Below are positions 47,698-59,699 of a DNA stretch of 64,000 nucleotides, piece by piece. The position numbers and the translations under genes were made by a program. Source of the stretch: Hypanus sabinus (taxonomy: Eukaryota); contig NC_082728.1 of NCBI RefSeq assembly GCF_030144855.1, positions 32,798,001-32,862,000 on the forward strand. The letters are read 5' to 3'. The notes under the pieces are model-generated. The model was not told the DNA's origin, ran no database searches, and saw only the letters and a program-made list of their open reading frames with translations. Every line of letters begins with the position of its first letter. Positions within the stretch are counted from its first letter, which is position 1.

Positions 47698-49749
47698 AAT
47701 GTGAAACACTAAATCATCTGTCGTGCAGTCAATTGGTTTTAGAAGTCACATAATTGGCCAAATGGAGATCACCTACATGCAGTCCAGGTGTTTCAATTGA
47801 TTGTAGTAAAAATACACCTGTATCTGGATGGTCCAATTGATGTTTGAGTTTTGAGGGGCTGCAACCACTGGAGAGGGCTGGGTAGATAGTGGTACTGGCC
47901 ATGAATGGTGTGGGGATGTTGGGAAATGGTGTAGCTTAAGGTGGAGGGGAGGATCTGGAAGAGGAACTGGAAATGAAGGGCTCGGGTGAGGGCAGGTTGG
48001 TGGGAGGAGGTTGGAAGGAAGTTGAATTCAGATCTGGAAAACAGAAAGAGAAACATAATATTAGAATGAATTCAAGTGATGGAGAGGAAGGGATGAATAT
48101 TTTGGAAAAAAGAGGAAAGAAGACTTCAAGGTATTGTTTAAATTTCAACCAGGACAGCTGCCCTCCATCAATCCCATTAAATTAACTACAGAGCTAAAAG
48201 CAGCCATAGGGAATATAAATTGTGCTGGTACTTTAAGTGGAGGGAAGGTGTTAATTTTTTGAAAGGATAAAAAGCAGTCTGGTAAGGCATTATGATTGAA
48301 GACTTGGTAAAAAGATATTACGTATTTTGTCTGTGGAAAATAGAGATGTTAGGGATGTTGCACTAGGTGTTCCATTGGAGATTTTGATAGAAGAGGTTAA
48401 ATCTCATTTATTGTGAAGCAAGTTTAAGGAGGTAAAGAGATTGCAAGTAGTCAGAAATGGGGAAAGGATAGATAGCTTGTCTATATCGATATGTATTGAT
48501 GAGGTGAAGCTCCCTGATAAAGTTAGTTTGGGGCATGTTAGTTATAATATTTGAGCTTGTATTACTCCCCTGATTATATGTTCCAAATCTCAGAGGTTTG
48601 GGCATGTTGCAGCAGTATGTCATGGGAAACCAAGATGATGTAACATAAATATGAAAATTGTGAACATGTAAAATTTAATTGTTGTAATAGCAGAGGAGAA
48701 CATAGTGCAGCTTATAGAGGTTGTGAAATGCTTAAGGCAGCTGAAGTCAAAAGGTTAAAGTATAGTTTGGTGTGTCTTATGCAGAGGCTGTGCAAAAAGT
48801 AAAAGCAAACATTGATAAGTTATTCCTGGCCAGAGAACAGACTGTGAAGTCAAAGGATATATGTTGGCATCATGCTTCACCCACTAAAGATAATTTACTA
48901 GTTGATAAACTTAAGTTTGTGATGTTCATAATGAGTGTGGTGAATTGTACTGCGCAGACATCTACTCGTACAGAGAAGGTTAAAATTATTGTACAAGCAG
49001 CAAGAAAAGTATCTGAATGTAACAGGTGTTATGTGGGAAGCTGTAAATGATGAAGCTCTAATGGGTGGGGTATCTGTATTTCAGTGTCCTTGTGAAATAC
49101 ATAATTGGCATAATAATATTACAATGGAATGCAAAAACCTTGATTTCTAATTGTCAAGACTTTAAGAAGTTTGTTTCTGATTTATCAACTCCACCTGATA
49201 TTATATGTATTCAGAAAACCTGGTTGTTACCACATTTAAGTTTTTCCTTGCTGGATTATATTATAATTGGGTGTGATAGATTATTTGGTAGAGGGGGTGG
49301 TGTTGAAAGTTGTGTAAGGAAAGGGATAGGACATAGATTTGTGGATGTAAATGAAGTATGTGAGGCACTTGTAATGGAAGTATTTGATCCAACAGGTAGC
49401 GATGTTAAAGTGGTAAATTTTTACAACTCCGGTGCAATGTTCCCTCTAATTTTTAGCAGTCAGTGTGTGCAAAAATCTTATGTTGTGCAAATTTTTTTCC
49501 TGTAATAGAAGTATATGCGCACTGAATGCTCATGTGGCACAATTTATTTAGGTTTGCAAAATATTTGACATAAAACTGCACATGATAACAACAAAATAAT
49601 ATACAGATTTAAGTCACTTAGTTATTTTTTCTCTCTCCTCTCTTTGGCATTTACCCATTCTTTGTAAACTTTATCTAGACTAATGGAACTTCCATTCAAT
49701 TGATTGTTTTTGATTCTCATTATCATATCCAAATGACATTCACCTAAAC

Positions 49750-50944
49750 TAGTGGTCACCAACCTTTTTAAGGCCAAGATCCCCTACCTGGGCCTTAGTA
49801 AAAGGCAAGATTTACCCCAGAGCAATTAGTTACACGCATGCGCACCAGGGCAGAAAAGACCGGAAGTAAAACCCTGCAACCCAGATGTAGAAATAATGTA
49901 TAAACACCAGGGGTACCCACACTTCTTTTGCAATGCGGACCAATTTAATATTGACAATATTCTTGCAGGCTGGCTGACGGGTGTGGGGGGTGTTAAACAT
50001 GATGGGAATACAGCGATACTAAAAGCAGGTTCCTTATGTCCAGTCTATTCCGCAATTTAGTTTTTGCGGCTCTCGTCACTGAGCTTCTGTCCCGTGCTGC
50101 TCACGTTTTTTTCTGCTGAATAATCTCAACGTGTTTGTCATTAAGTGCTGGGTGCTTAGACTCAGGGTACTGAAGCAGCCTTGAGGGCTTCATTGCCTCA
50201 TTGGACAGCTCCCCGGGTCTGAGCTCCAGCCCCTCGCCCGCCCGCTGCCAGATGCCTTGGCCATTTGCAGCTGGTTATGGATCGGGTGAGAGGACAAGGT
50301 TAGGGCTGGAGGTCCCCGTGCCAGGGCTACGCCGCTCGCAGTCCGGAAAGAGCGACCGACCGAGCGAGGAGTGCGACAGGACGCACGCCCGCCCCCCTTG
50401 TAGGATCTAATGGCCGATAAAAGTTTGCTTCAGTAGAGCGCAGCAAAGTAGTTGCACTGATACTTAAGAAACGATGAGCCTGAATTAGGCCATTTGCAAA
50501 TATTTTCGCACCGGATTCCCCATGAACGTACGGTGTGGTAAACAGGTTCAGAGACAGTGCTCCAGGCCAGTAGCGATCGCACTTCCCGCCAGCCGCCCAA
50601 GGCCAGCCAATGATCCCTGGTGCGAGGGTATCACTATGTTTAGGCAACTGATGCCCTTGCGTCGGTTCAAGTTCAACAGTGGCTGTTACAGGGAATGAGG
50701 TAAGGTGCAGCTGAATCCTATCACTTCCTCACGGCCCACTGGTTGGGGAACACTGAAGTACACTGTGTAATGTGGAGGAGCTACACGCTTGCGCACTGGG
50801 CAGAAAGAACGGAACTAAAACCCCGCAACCCGGAAACAATCTATCAACAGTATTTGTGTGTGTATTTTTCATTTTTTTTGGGATCTACTCAGAAAGTCTC
50901 AAAGATAAACTAGTGGATCGTGATCAATGGCTTGGCGAACACTA
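49750..50944. mobile_element. hAT-Charlie non-autonomous element nested in the hAT, with CpG-rich interior
   Basis: TIRs TAGTGGTCACCAACC / GCTTGGCGAACACTA; perfect 8-bp TSD ACCTAAAC (49742-49749, 50945-50952). Confidence 0.88.
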
Positions 50945-51777
50945 ACCTAAACAGTTTCTCAGCTTGCTTTTGTGTTGATTCATTAGGCTAGAACCTCGCT
51001 CACAGTCTGCACTAGATGCAAGAAAGGTTTCCCCATCAACTGTGCAAGATTGCAAAACTCTTCATTTTGAAGTACAAATGGCAGCATTTGGGCAAAGTTT
51101 GAAATCAGTTTGAATTTAATTTTTTCTTGCATGGGAAATTTGAAATCATTAAACTGTCTAACTATTACAGTATTTTCAGCTAGAAAATCATGATATTTTG
51201 GACATAAGGCATTAACTTGTTCATCATCACGTGAAGAAACAATCTGCAATTGCTCAGAAATCAGAAGCTGACCATTCTTGTACCTCAACTTCAGGAAACC
51301 TTTCTTCTAAATGAACACAAAGAATATTTATAAAGTCAACAGCGAACTTGTATCTACTGTGACATTTTCTTCAAGTTGTTGGCTTAGCAAAGCTTTAACT
51401 TTGTCACTCCAGGAAACATTGTCTCCCAGGTACTGCTTTCTTACCTTGTTAATTTTGTCTGGTACAAAATGAAGTGAATGAATCGGTGTCAGGCCACTCT
51501 TTGCAGAATCTTGCACGGTGCAGCCAGTTCATCAAAGACATCACTTAAAAGCTGTAAATCTACTTTGCATGTGATGTTTATCAATTTCTTGTGACAGTAT
51601 TTAGCCACAGGTCATTTGACTGATCTTCTTCAAAGTATGTGATCAGTGCCTCATAATTTTTTACTATTGCCTGCAATGCAAAGTTTCTAGATAACCATCT
51701 GACTTCATAAAGTGATCTGAAAGCAACAGCTTCATTTTCATAGGCCTCTGCAATTTCTTTAAATTTGCATCTTTTTT

Positions 51778-52301
51778 GTGTTCATCCATCGTCGGCGTCG
51801 ATGAGACTAGCGTGTGATTTGGATTTAAGTGAGGGAGAGTTGCACAGCGTCAGCCTCACTCTCTCCTCCCAATTCCCATCTGGATCCAGTGGCAAGACAA
51901 GAGTCGAGACAGGCGGAGCTGGGTCTAGGCACAGTGGATGACCAGGACGTCTTCTGTGTCTTGTTCTGCGCTACACAATCCATGATGCTTGCAGAGACCG
52001 CCATCTTGACCGTTGGACCTTCCAATGGTCTCATCTGTTCAATCTGCCAGAGTCTGTCTTCACATGCTGGGATAGACAACTCCCTATCTCACCGAGGGTT
52101 TGGGACCTGTCAGCTACCCTCACCTGGTTAGCCGGCTGGTCGAAGCTGTTGCCCGGGGTGTGGCCACTGTCACTTGCAAACAGCTACGGGGAGCCACAGG
52201 TGAGAGCTGAGTGCCAGGTGGGGACCAAAGGTGGACAAACCACCTTGAAAAGGACGTGACATGTTCCCCCACCAGAGGTGCTACCCCTCCCTGACACCCC
52301 A
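51778..52301 (-). mobile_element. ~520-bp non-coding retroposon (probably an RTE-derived internally deleted element) inserted in the hAT transposase ORF
   Basis: The transposase frame ...RPAVKRC / KRCKFKEIAE is duplicated across the insert (TSD AAAAGGTGTA / AAAAGATGCA). The 3' end is GATGGATGA microsatellite-like; the 5' end is an HDV-like ribozyme fold. RTE affinity is from memory, not from a search. Confidence 0.75.
52119..52300 (-). ncRNA. HDV-like self-cleaving ribozyme (predicted)
   Basis: P1 GGGGUGU/ACACCCC (7/7); P2 CUCACCUG/CAGGUGAG (8/8); P3 GGC/GCC; L3 UCCCCGUA; P1.1 CC/GG; GCAAC after P1.1 as in genomic HDV; P4 CAGCU/AGCCG; J4/2 GGCUAA with C75 equivalent at 52131. Confidence 0.78.
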
Positions 52302-54445
52302 TACACCTTTTAACTGCAGGTCGAGAAAGCACTGTATAGACTGTTCTCATCAAGGTTTCAATGTCTCCAACTTGACTTCTTTCCAAGCATCACAAATCCC
52401 CAGATCTTCACGGTGTGCTAGACAGTGTTGCTCAACTAAATGTGGAATGTCCTGTTTAAGTCTTGCTGCAACATCATTAACTCTGCCCAACATTACTGAT
52501 GCTCCATCAGATGTAAACATCACCATTTTATGGACGTCAAGTCTCTTCTCTTCATAAAACAGCTTGATCACTGAAACAAACGAAAAAGCATCACGCGCCT
52601 ACAGCTGAACGATTCTGTCAAAAAACGTTTTATAAACAGTACAATCTTTAGATCTGAATTTGAAGTACAGAATGAGACATTTGTTGAAAGAAAGGCCTGT
52701 GTTTTCATCAATTGCTAACGTGTGAAAATCTGCTGATGCTATTTCTTCAAACATGTCTTTCTGAACAATGTAGTTGATAGTCTCCAGGAATTTGAATGCA
52801 TAATTTATGCTTCGCCAGCTGTCTGGGAGTTGAACATACTTTTCTATATGTTCATTAATGTGTTGAACTGAATGTAAAGAGTTATTCATTTTAACAGCTA
52901 ACAACACACTGTCGATAAGAAATTTGATCTCTGGGTTTGATCATTTTTGCTCTTTGCTCATCTGCACTCAACCGTAACATGCGCAGCACTCCTGTGATGG
53001 GGGATAATGGGTTCTGTTGCCTGAGCTTTTGTACATCGTCCAAGTGTGATTTACTTGCCAAATGACGCTTGAAAAAGTCAAGTGTCCAAATATCATCCCG
53101 CCTCTTTCCACCAGCAAATTCTTCAGCAACTTTCACATCATGACAATACAAACAGATAACTCCAGTTTCCGAATCATACGTAAAATTTCTCACAGCTGAC
53201 GTTCATGACCACATGAGCTTTCAGTGTAGCAGTTTCTACTATTAAGCCATTCAACTTTAAACAAATTTGCAGTTCTTTTGCACTTCAAGCCTTTTGTTTC
53301 TTTTGAATTCAACATAGTGAATCAATATTGTTTTCAATTAAAACTTAGTAAGCTATCTACAGGATTTGAGACATATCTTTGTAAACTTTACGATATGAAC
53401 ACTGCCCACCAAAGGCGGCTGTCATCTGGATACATCTGTACAAACCGGAAGAGGAAAGGTGAGGTGACATAAATGCGTGACGTGCATTGTGGTATTTGAA
53501 AAACCGACTAACTAGTTAACAGAAACATTTAGCTATAAGATTCTTTTCAATAAGTATAATTATTAATTACTACATTATATTAGGAAACTAACCTTTTGTG
53601 CGCACATTGATTTCCTTTGTGTGCTGATTGAAAAACGTGCATGCGTGCATACACAAGCACAGATTAGAGGGAACATAGCCCTTGTGGAAAGCTCTTGATT
53701 CATTTGCTGGAGAGCATATGTAGCTCTAGCTCACTAAGAGTTGTATGGTGTAGGAATTTTAACACACATTGTTCTCTGTGGGGTTTTTCCACAGAATGAT
53801 GGTAATGGTTTGATTGTAGAAGAATTTTTAGGTATTTCACATCTTCTGTGTCTTAATGATGGGAAGGGCAAAAGACTTCATGTTCATTATAGTTCTGAAA
53901 CTGCTACAGATTTAACCTTAGTTTCGAACATTCTGGCTGGAGTGAGTGAGTGGGATGTCATGGGAGATGAAACATTGGGCAGTGATTATTTTCCGATATT
54001 TATAAGTTTGGGTGTGGATTTCTATAGGGGACAGGAGGTCACTTTTAGGAAGTGGAATTTTGGAAAAGCAAATTGGGAGAGGTTTAAGGTTTTATGTGAT
54101 GAACATCTGTCAGGGCTGAATGTTGTAGGTGATGTGGATTTCTGCAATGAAAGGTTTTGTCACATTATTCATCAATATGCTGTGGAAGTGATGCCTATTA
54201 AAAAGGGCATTAATAGTAGAAGAGCTGTACCATGATGGACTTGGGAATGTGCAGAGGCAATGAGGGAGAGAAATGAGGCATTTAGGAAAATTAAGTATCA
54301 CTCTTTGAGTGATGTTATTAAATATAAAAGGGCACAGGCCGTGGTAAGCAAAGTAGTGAAGGTGCTAAAAAGGTTTACTGCAGGTCATACTGTGATAGTA
54401 TTGGAAGGGATATTAAACTTGGAGATATTTGGAGAATATTTAAAA

Positions 54446-55217
54446 TGTTATGCCTGCAGCCCCCTCCTTTGTGAGAATCGCAAGATCACTGTTGGGTTGG
54501 GTCAGGGGGCCCAGGAGAATGAGAGAGAGACATGCGGAATGTCTCGTTCCCCCGGCGATGTAAAGCTACGGGACATGGCCATTGTCTCCGGAAGGTGAAT
54601 TTTGTGGATTGGAGACTGTACTATGTGGACGCCCTCAGGCAAAGTGGGCTGGTTGAGGGAGAGATTGCATCACCCCCAACCTGATTGATATCTACGACCC
54701 TGCGAGTCAGGATAAAAGAGGGTCTGGGGGAACAGCCCCTTGGACACACCAGAAGAAACGCTAACACTCCTGTGATAACAGGAAGCCATTTGAAGGAGGC
54801 CACATGCGTACAGATCCGTTGCCTGGGACTGGTGGCTTGTAACACGGAAAACGGCTTTTAGCTAACAACTGGGAAACCAACTCCCCGACTCAAAGGATTG
54901 GCATCCTAAAAACCTGGGCAAGTTAAATTGTCTCTGTCTTAAACCCAAAACGCTGCAGCTTGAACGAACTAACAGTGACTTTTATATTTCCATCGGACAA
55001 AACATTAACCCCTAGACAACCATAGAGCTATTTCTTATTGGTTATTATTATACCCGCGCTTTAGATTTCGTATTGACGATGCACATTATCTGTATGTTTG
55101 CATTAATCTTATTTTTGTGCCCCTTTATCAATAAATACTGTTAAAAATAGTGCCATCAGACTTCAACGGACCTCTCTATCTTTGCTGGTAAGAGACCCAG
55201 TTATGGGGCTTCGTAAA
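54446..55217 (+). mobile_element. Solo LTR nested in the I/Nimb-like LINE
   Basis: TGTTATG start; ends ttatggggcttcgtaa(a) in an A-run TSD context; gataaaa TATA-like site and AATAAA present; LINE ORF2 resumes afterwards. Confidence 0.65.
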
Positions 55218-55419
55218 AAAAACAAATGTGGGGGTGCGGGGATTCATAGGTCTAATAACATTCCAGTATTGATTAAAGAAGGTAATATGGTTATTACTGA
55301 GACAGAGAAGGTTGAGTTACTGGCTTGGTCATTTATTGTAATTCATAATCAAAATAATTTGAATGAAGAGGCTAAACAATGTAGGAATAAGGCTCTAAGT
55401 GAATACCCTGATGTGTTTT

Positions 55420-56800
55420 AGACCAGTGAGTCTTACTTCAGTGGTGGGCAAGTTGTTTGAGAACATCCTGAGAGGCAGGATTTAAAAGCATTTGGAGAGA
55501 CACTCTGACTAGGGATAAGCGGCATGGCTTTGTCAAGGGCAGGTCATGCCTCAGGAACCTGACTGAATTCTTTGAGGATGTAATAAAACACATTGATGAA
55601 GGTAGAGCAGTGGATGTAGTGAATATGGATTTCAATAAGGCATTTAATAATGTTCCCCATGTGATGCTCATTCAGAAAGTAATGAGGCATGGGATACAAG
55701 GAGACATTGCTTTCTGGATCCAGAGCTGGCTTGACCACAGAAGGCAAAGGGTGGTCGTGGATGGTTCATGTTCTGCATGGAGGACGGTGACCAGTAGTGT
55801 TCTGCAGAGATCTGTTCTGGATTGACTCCTTTGATTTTTGTTTTATAAAAGATCTGGCTGAGGAAGTAGAAGGGTGGGTTAGTATGTTTCCTGATGATGC
55901 CAAAGTTGGAGGTGTTGTGAATAGTCTGGAGGGTTGTCAGAGATTACAGTTGGACATCGATAGGATGTAGAAATGGGCTGAGAAGTGGCAGATAGAGTTC
56001 AACCCAAATAAGTGTGAAGTGGTTCATTTTGTTAGGTCAAATTTGAGGACAGAATATAGTATTAATGGTAAGACTCTTGGCAGTGTGGAGGATCTGGGGG
56101 ATTTTGAGCTCCATGTCTGTAGGACACTCAAAGCTGCTGCACAGTGCACAGATTGACAGTGTTGTTAAGAAGGCATATGGTGTGTTGGCTTTCATCAACC
56201 ATCAGATTAAGTTCAAGAGCTGGGAGGTAACGTTACAACTATGTAAGACCTTAGTTACTCCCCACTTGGGTTCTGTGTTCAGTTCTGGTCACCTCAGTAC
56301 AGGAAGTATGTGGATACTATAGAGAGAGTGCAGAGGAGATTTACAAGGACGTTGCCTGGATTGGAGAGTATACCTTATGAAGATAGGTTGAGTGAACTTG
56401 GCCTTTTCTCCTTGGAGCAATGGAGGATGAGAGGTGACCTGCTTGAGGTGTATAAGATGATGAGAGGCATTGATAGTGTGGAAAGCCAGAGGATTCTTCC
56501 CAGGGTCAAAATGGCTAACTAAAAGGGACGTAGTTTTAAGATGCTTGGGAGTTGGAACAAGGGAGATGTCAGAGGTAAGTTTTTCACACGTGGTGGGTGC
56601 ATGGGATGCACTGCCGGCGATGATGGTAGAGGCAGATACAACAGGGTCTTTTAAGAGACCCAGAGACAGGTACATGGAACTTAGAAAAATAGAGGGCTAT
56701 GTGGTAGGGAAATTCTGGGCCGCTTTTAGACTAGGTTACATTGTCGGCACAACACTGTGGGCCAAAGGGCCTGTAATGTGCTATAGGTTTTCAATGTTCT
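55420..56800 (+). mobile_element. CR1 3' fragment (RT to 3' UTR) nested in the I/Nimb-like LINE
   Basis: MDFNKAFNNVPH, KCEVVHF, RGDLLEVYKMMRG motifs; CR1 3' UTR. Confidence 0.92.
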
Positions 56801-59699
56801 ATGTCTGTGTTGCAAGTTTGCTATAGCAATGATAGTATTAGTGATGTAGAGTTTTCTTCATGTGGATTTATGAAAACTATTAATAGTACAGATCAGACAG
56901 CTCCAGGAAAGGATGTTATATTATGTTTTAAACATATGGCTCACAACTCTTTTAAGATAATATTAATATTTATGAATTTTGGAATTTAGGCCAGCTTCCC
57001 TCCTTATGGAATGTTTCAGTAGTAGTGCCTATTCTGAAACTTGGAAATCCATACTATATGTTATGTAGGGAGGAAATTAGGAGTGGGAGGACGGCTATAT
57101 AAATTTTTTTTCTGAGTTCCTAGTTTGGACGGTCAATGCAGGTAAGGGTAGGTATGTATACTCAGGCTTCTATGAGCTAAAGAATGGGAATCCACAAGGC
57201 AGTATTTGCAGCTCTTTATTGTTTAATAGTAGGATTGATATTATTTTCTCCGAGATGGGCACTGGGGTGGGTGAATTCCTCTTTGCAGATGATGGAGCTT
57301 TATGGATCAGAGGAAATAAATGCAATTATCAATTAATAAGGCTGAACAATGGGCAATAAGCTTTCAGTAGCTAAAACACAAGTTATATGATCTACAAAGA
57401 AGATCAATAGATCTGCACTCAATTTGATACTGTATAGTCAAACTTTTGAAGAAGTCAGTGGCAAGATTTCTTGGCATGTGGTGGGACAATATGCTGACAT
57501 GGAAGCACCATATCAGTAAGATAACTGACAAATGTAAAGAGGCATTAAATATCCCTGGGTGTCTGTGTGGGTCAGAATCCAGATCTCAATCCAATTGAAA
57601 ATTTGTGGCTGGACTTGAAAAGGGCTGTTCATTCACGATCCCCATGTAATCTGACCTAGCTTGAATAGTTTTGAAAAAAAGAATGGGGAGAAGTTGCAGT
57701 TCGCAGATGTGCAAAGGTGTTAGAGATCTATCCACACAGACTGAAACAAGGCTGTAATTGCTGCCAAAGTTGCACTTACTCAATACCGTCTTGAAGGAAG
57801 TTGAATACTTATGCAACCAATTATTTTGTGTTTATTTGTAATTAATTTAGATCACTTTGTCGAAATCTGTTTGACACAAAAGAGTTTTTTTTCTGTTAAT
57901 CAGTATCAAAAAAAGACAACTTAAACTCACTGTGATACAATGTTGTAAAACAATAAAACATAAAAATGTCCAGTGGGCGGGTGGTGTAGTTTTTATCACC
58001 ACTGTACATAGAAATGAAAGGTGCATTTTTGATAAAGTATCATACTACACATATGAATAGAGCAGTTTCCAAAGAAAATCTCTTAAATGGCCTTCTGCTT
58101 TGAGCTGACAGCCTGAGATTGCTGCAGCAATATCAATGGAAGGGACGGTCAAGTTAGTTTACAGAACAAATACTTTAAATGGCCTGTCATTGTTTATAAA
58201 TATTTTGTAATCTGGAAATGTTTTTAGAAATCAGAGATCCTCTGTGTTTTAAAGGTGTTGATAACACATATCTAATTTTAAATGTATATCATTATAAATA
58301 AAATAAACAGTTTTAAACTCTATTGTCAGCAGGAAGTAACACTTCCTTCTTTAAGTGTCCTTGTGGTGTGAGCTCTAAGCCTGCAATTGCCCTTAGTAAA
58401 CTAGTTCCATTCGCTGTATACATTGTGTGTTTATTTTTTACTTGCACATAAATTCCCTAAGAGTGAATTTTTATTCCACATTCCACATCGCAGAATTTTT
58501 GATGATGATTTGTAAAATTTGTAAGGATGAACTTTCATTACCCCAACTGCTAAAATGCTGGGTACACGGTTCTTTTATAGACCAGAAATGTGAGCAATTA
58601 ATTTCCCCCTCAGACACAAACTTGTAAGCTTTTTGATTTGGCCTCAATTACGGCATTATAAAAAGAAAGTTAAGATCCTCTAAAAATCAAATGCTAAGTT
58701 GTTTTTCACTTAAAACAATGTTTCCCAAACTGTTTTGGTTTTCCAACCCCTTGGTTCCCACACCACAGTGCCCCCTTCTCCTTTTCCTGACATTATTTAA
58801 AATCTATAAAGCATTTTGATTTATGATGCACAGCTAAAGAACTTAGGAACTGCAAATTCAAAGTAGTGACAAATCATTGGGAAAATATTTAAATCTATTT
58901 GAAGCTGCAAACAAAATTATTTCTTTACTTAGTTATAGAGAAAACTTTTTTCATCAACAATTTTGGAGTGTACACTAATAGTTCAAATATTCATTGCTCT
59001 TTCACCATTCAATGGGATGGATAAGCTTTGTGCAGTGATATCAGCTTTACAGGCTAAATGTCACTCAGCAGGAATCTCAGATCCCATGTTCAGTAACTTG
59101 GAGTCTGTTACATTACTTTGAAAGAATTTGGGTGACTGCACTGAAACCATACTCCACAAAATATGATGTTGGAAAGGCATTAAAGAACAACTTGTCCTTT
59201 TTCCACAGTGCAGGATAAGATAGGGAAATTTCTTTCTGGAATCAAAAATCTTTATGATTTCTTTTTGAAACTTGGCTTCAGCTCAGTCATTTTGGAGTCA
59301 GATCAGTTCTTCCTCCATTCTTCCTGTTGATTTCACATTAAAGTGTCCAGGAATGAATTTATTAACCAATCTGGAAATTGGATCGAGAGAAGATGTTAAA
59401 ATTTCTGAGGCATGTCTTTATGTAGCTCATCCAAGAGGGTACAGTTTACTTGAAGGTGATCATCTGGTATTTTTTCTCACCCCTTGTTTTCGGCGGTGGA
59501 AAAAAGAGGTGCTTAATGTGTTTTTAACAGAAAAGCTAGCTGATAATTAGATATTGGTGAAATTGTAGGTTTAACATGGTGGGTCCAAAAGCCACTTTGT
59601 GGTATAGCTTACCAGCAGAAATAGCAAATTGATCAGGAACTCAAGTCCACGGAAGGTCCAAGCACACGTTAGGCATTTGGCATTATCTGGTACATAAGG

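Larger units (their letters stand above)
49435..53678 (-). mobile_element. hAT DNA transposon with disrupted ZNF862-like transposase (~50980-53200)
   Basis: TIRs CAATGTTCCCTCTAAT / ATTAGAGGGAACATAG; degenerate 8-bp TSD; N-terminal CLYC...FKRHLASKSH, LAIDE, SDGASVM, HCLAHRE, EVRWLS motifs. Confidence 0.9.
47845..57575 (+). mobile_element. I/Nimb-like non-LTR retrotransposon (ORF1 with CCHC knuckles; APE-RT ORF2), fragmented by nested insertions
   Basis: INPIKLTTELK; PLICSKSQRFGHVAAVC (decayed CCHC); SYAEAV; ILQWNAK, DIICIQKTWL, DLTLVS, SDYFPI (APE); GNPQGS and FADD (RT, ~57190-57295). The clade assignment is inferred from motifs. Confidence 0.7.
46303..58004 (+). mobile_element. Tc1 element, internally deleted, expanded to 11.7 kb by nested insertions
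   Basis: TA flanks (46301-46302, 58005-58006); homologous inverted ends sharing ttttattgttttacaacattg; transposase C-terminus PDLNPIENLWLDLKRAVH resumes at 57578. Confidence 0.85.

Noticed and set aside
47386-47709. Regular repeat array with repetitive ORFs, superficially CRISPR-like or a repeat protein
   Set aside because: Units are contiguous with no unique spacers, there are no cas genes, the context is a eukaryotic LTR, and the ORFs arise because 57 is divisible by 3.
50983-53193. Possible domesticated ZNF862-like host gene
   Set aside because: Multiple stops and frameshifts, intact TIRs and a retroposon inserted in the ORF indicate a dead transposon.
59272-59550. 92-aa + strand ORF in unique sequence
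   Set aside because: TTG start, no recognisable motif, no matching splice boundaries.
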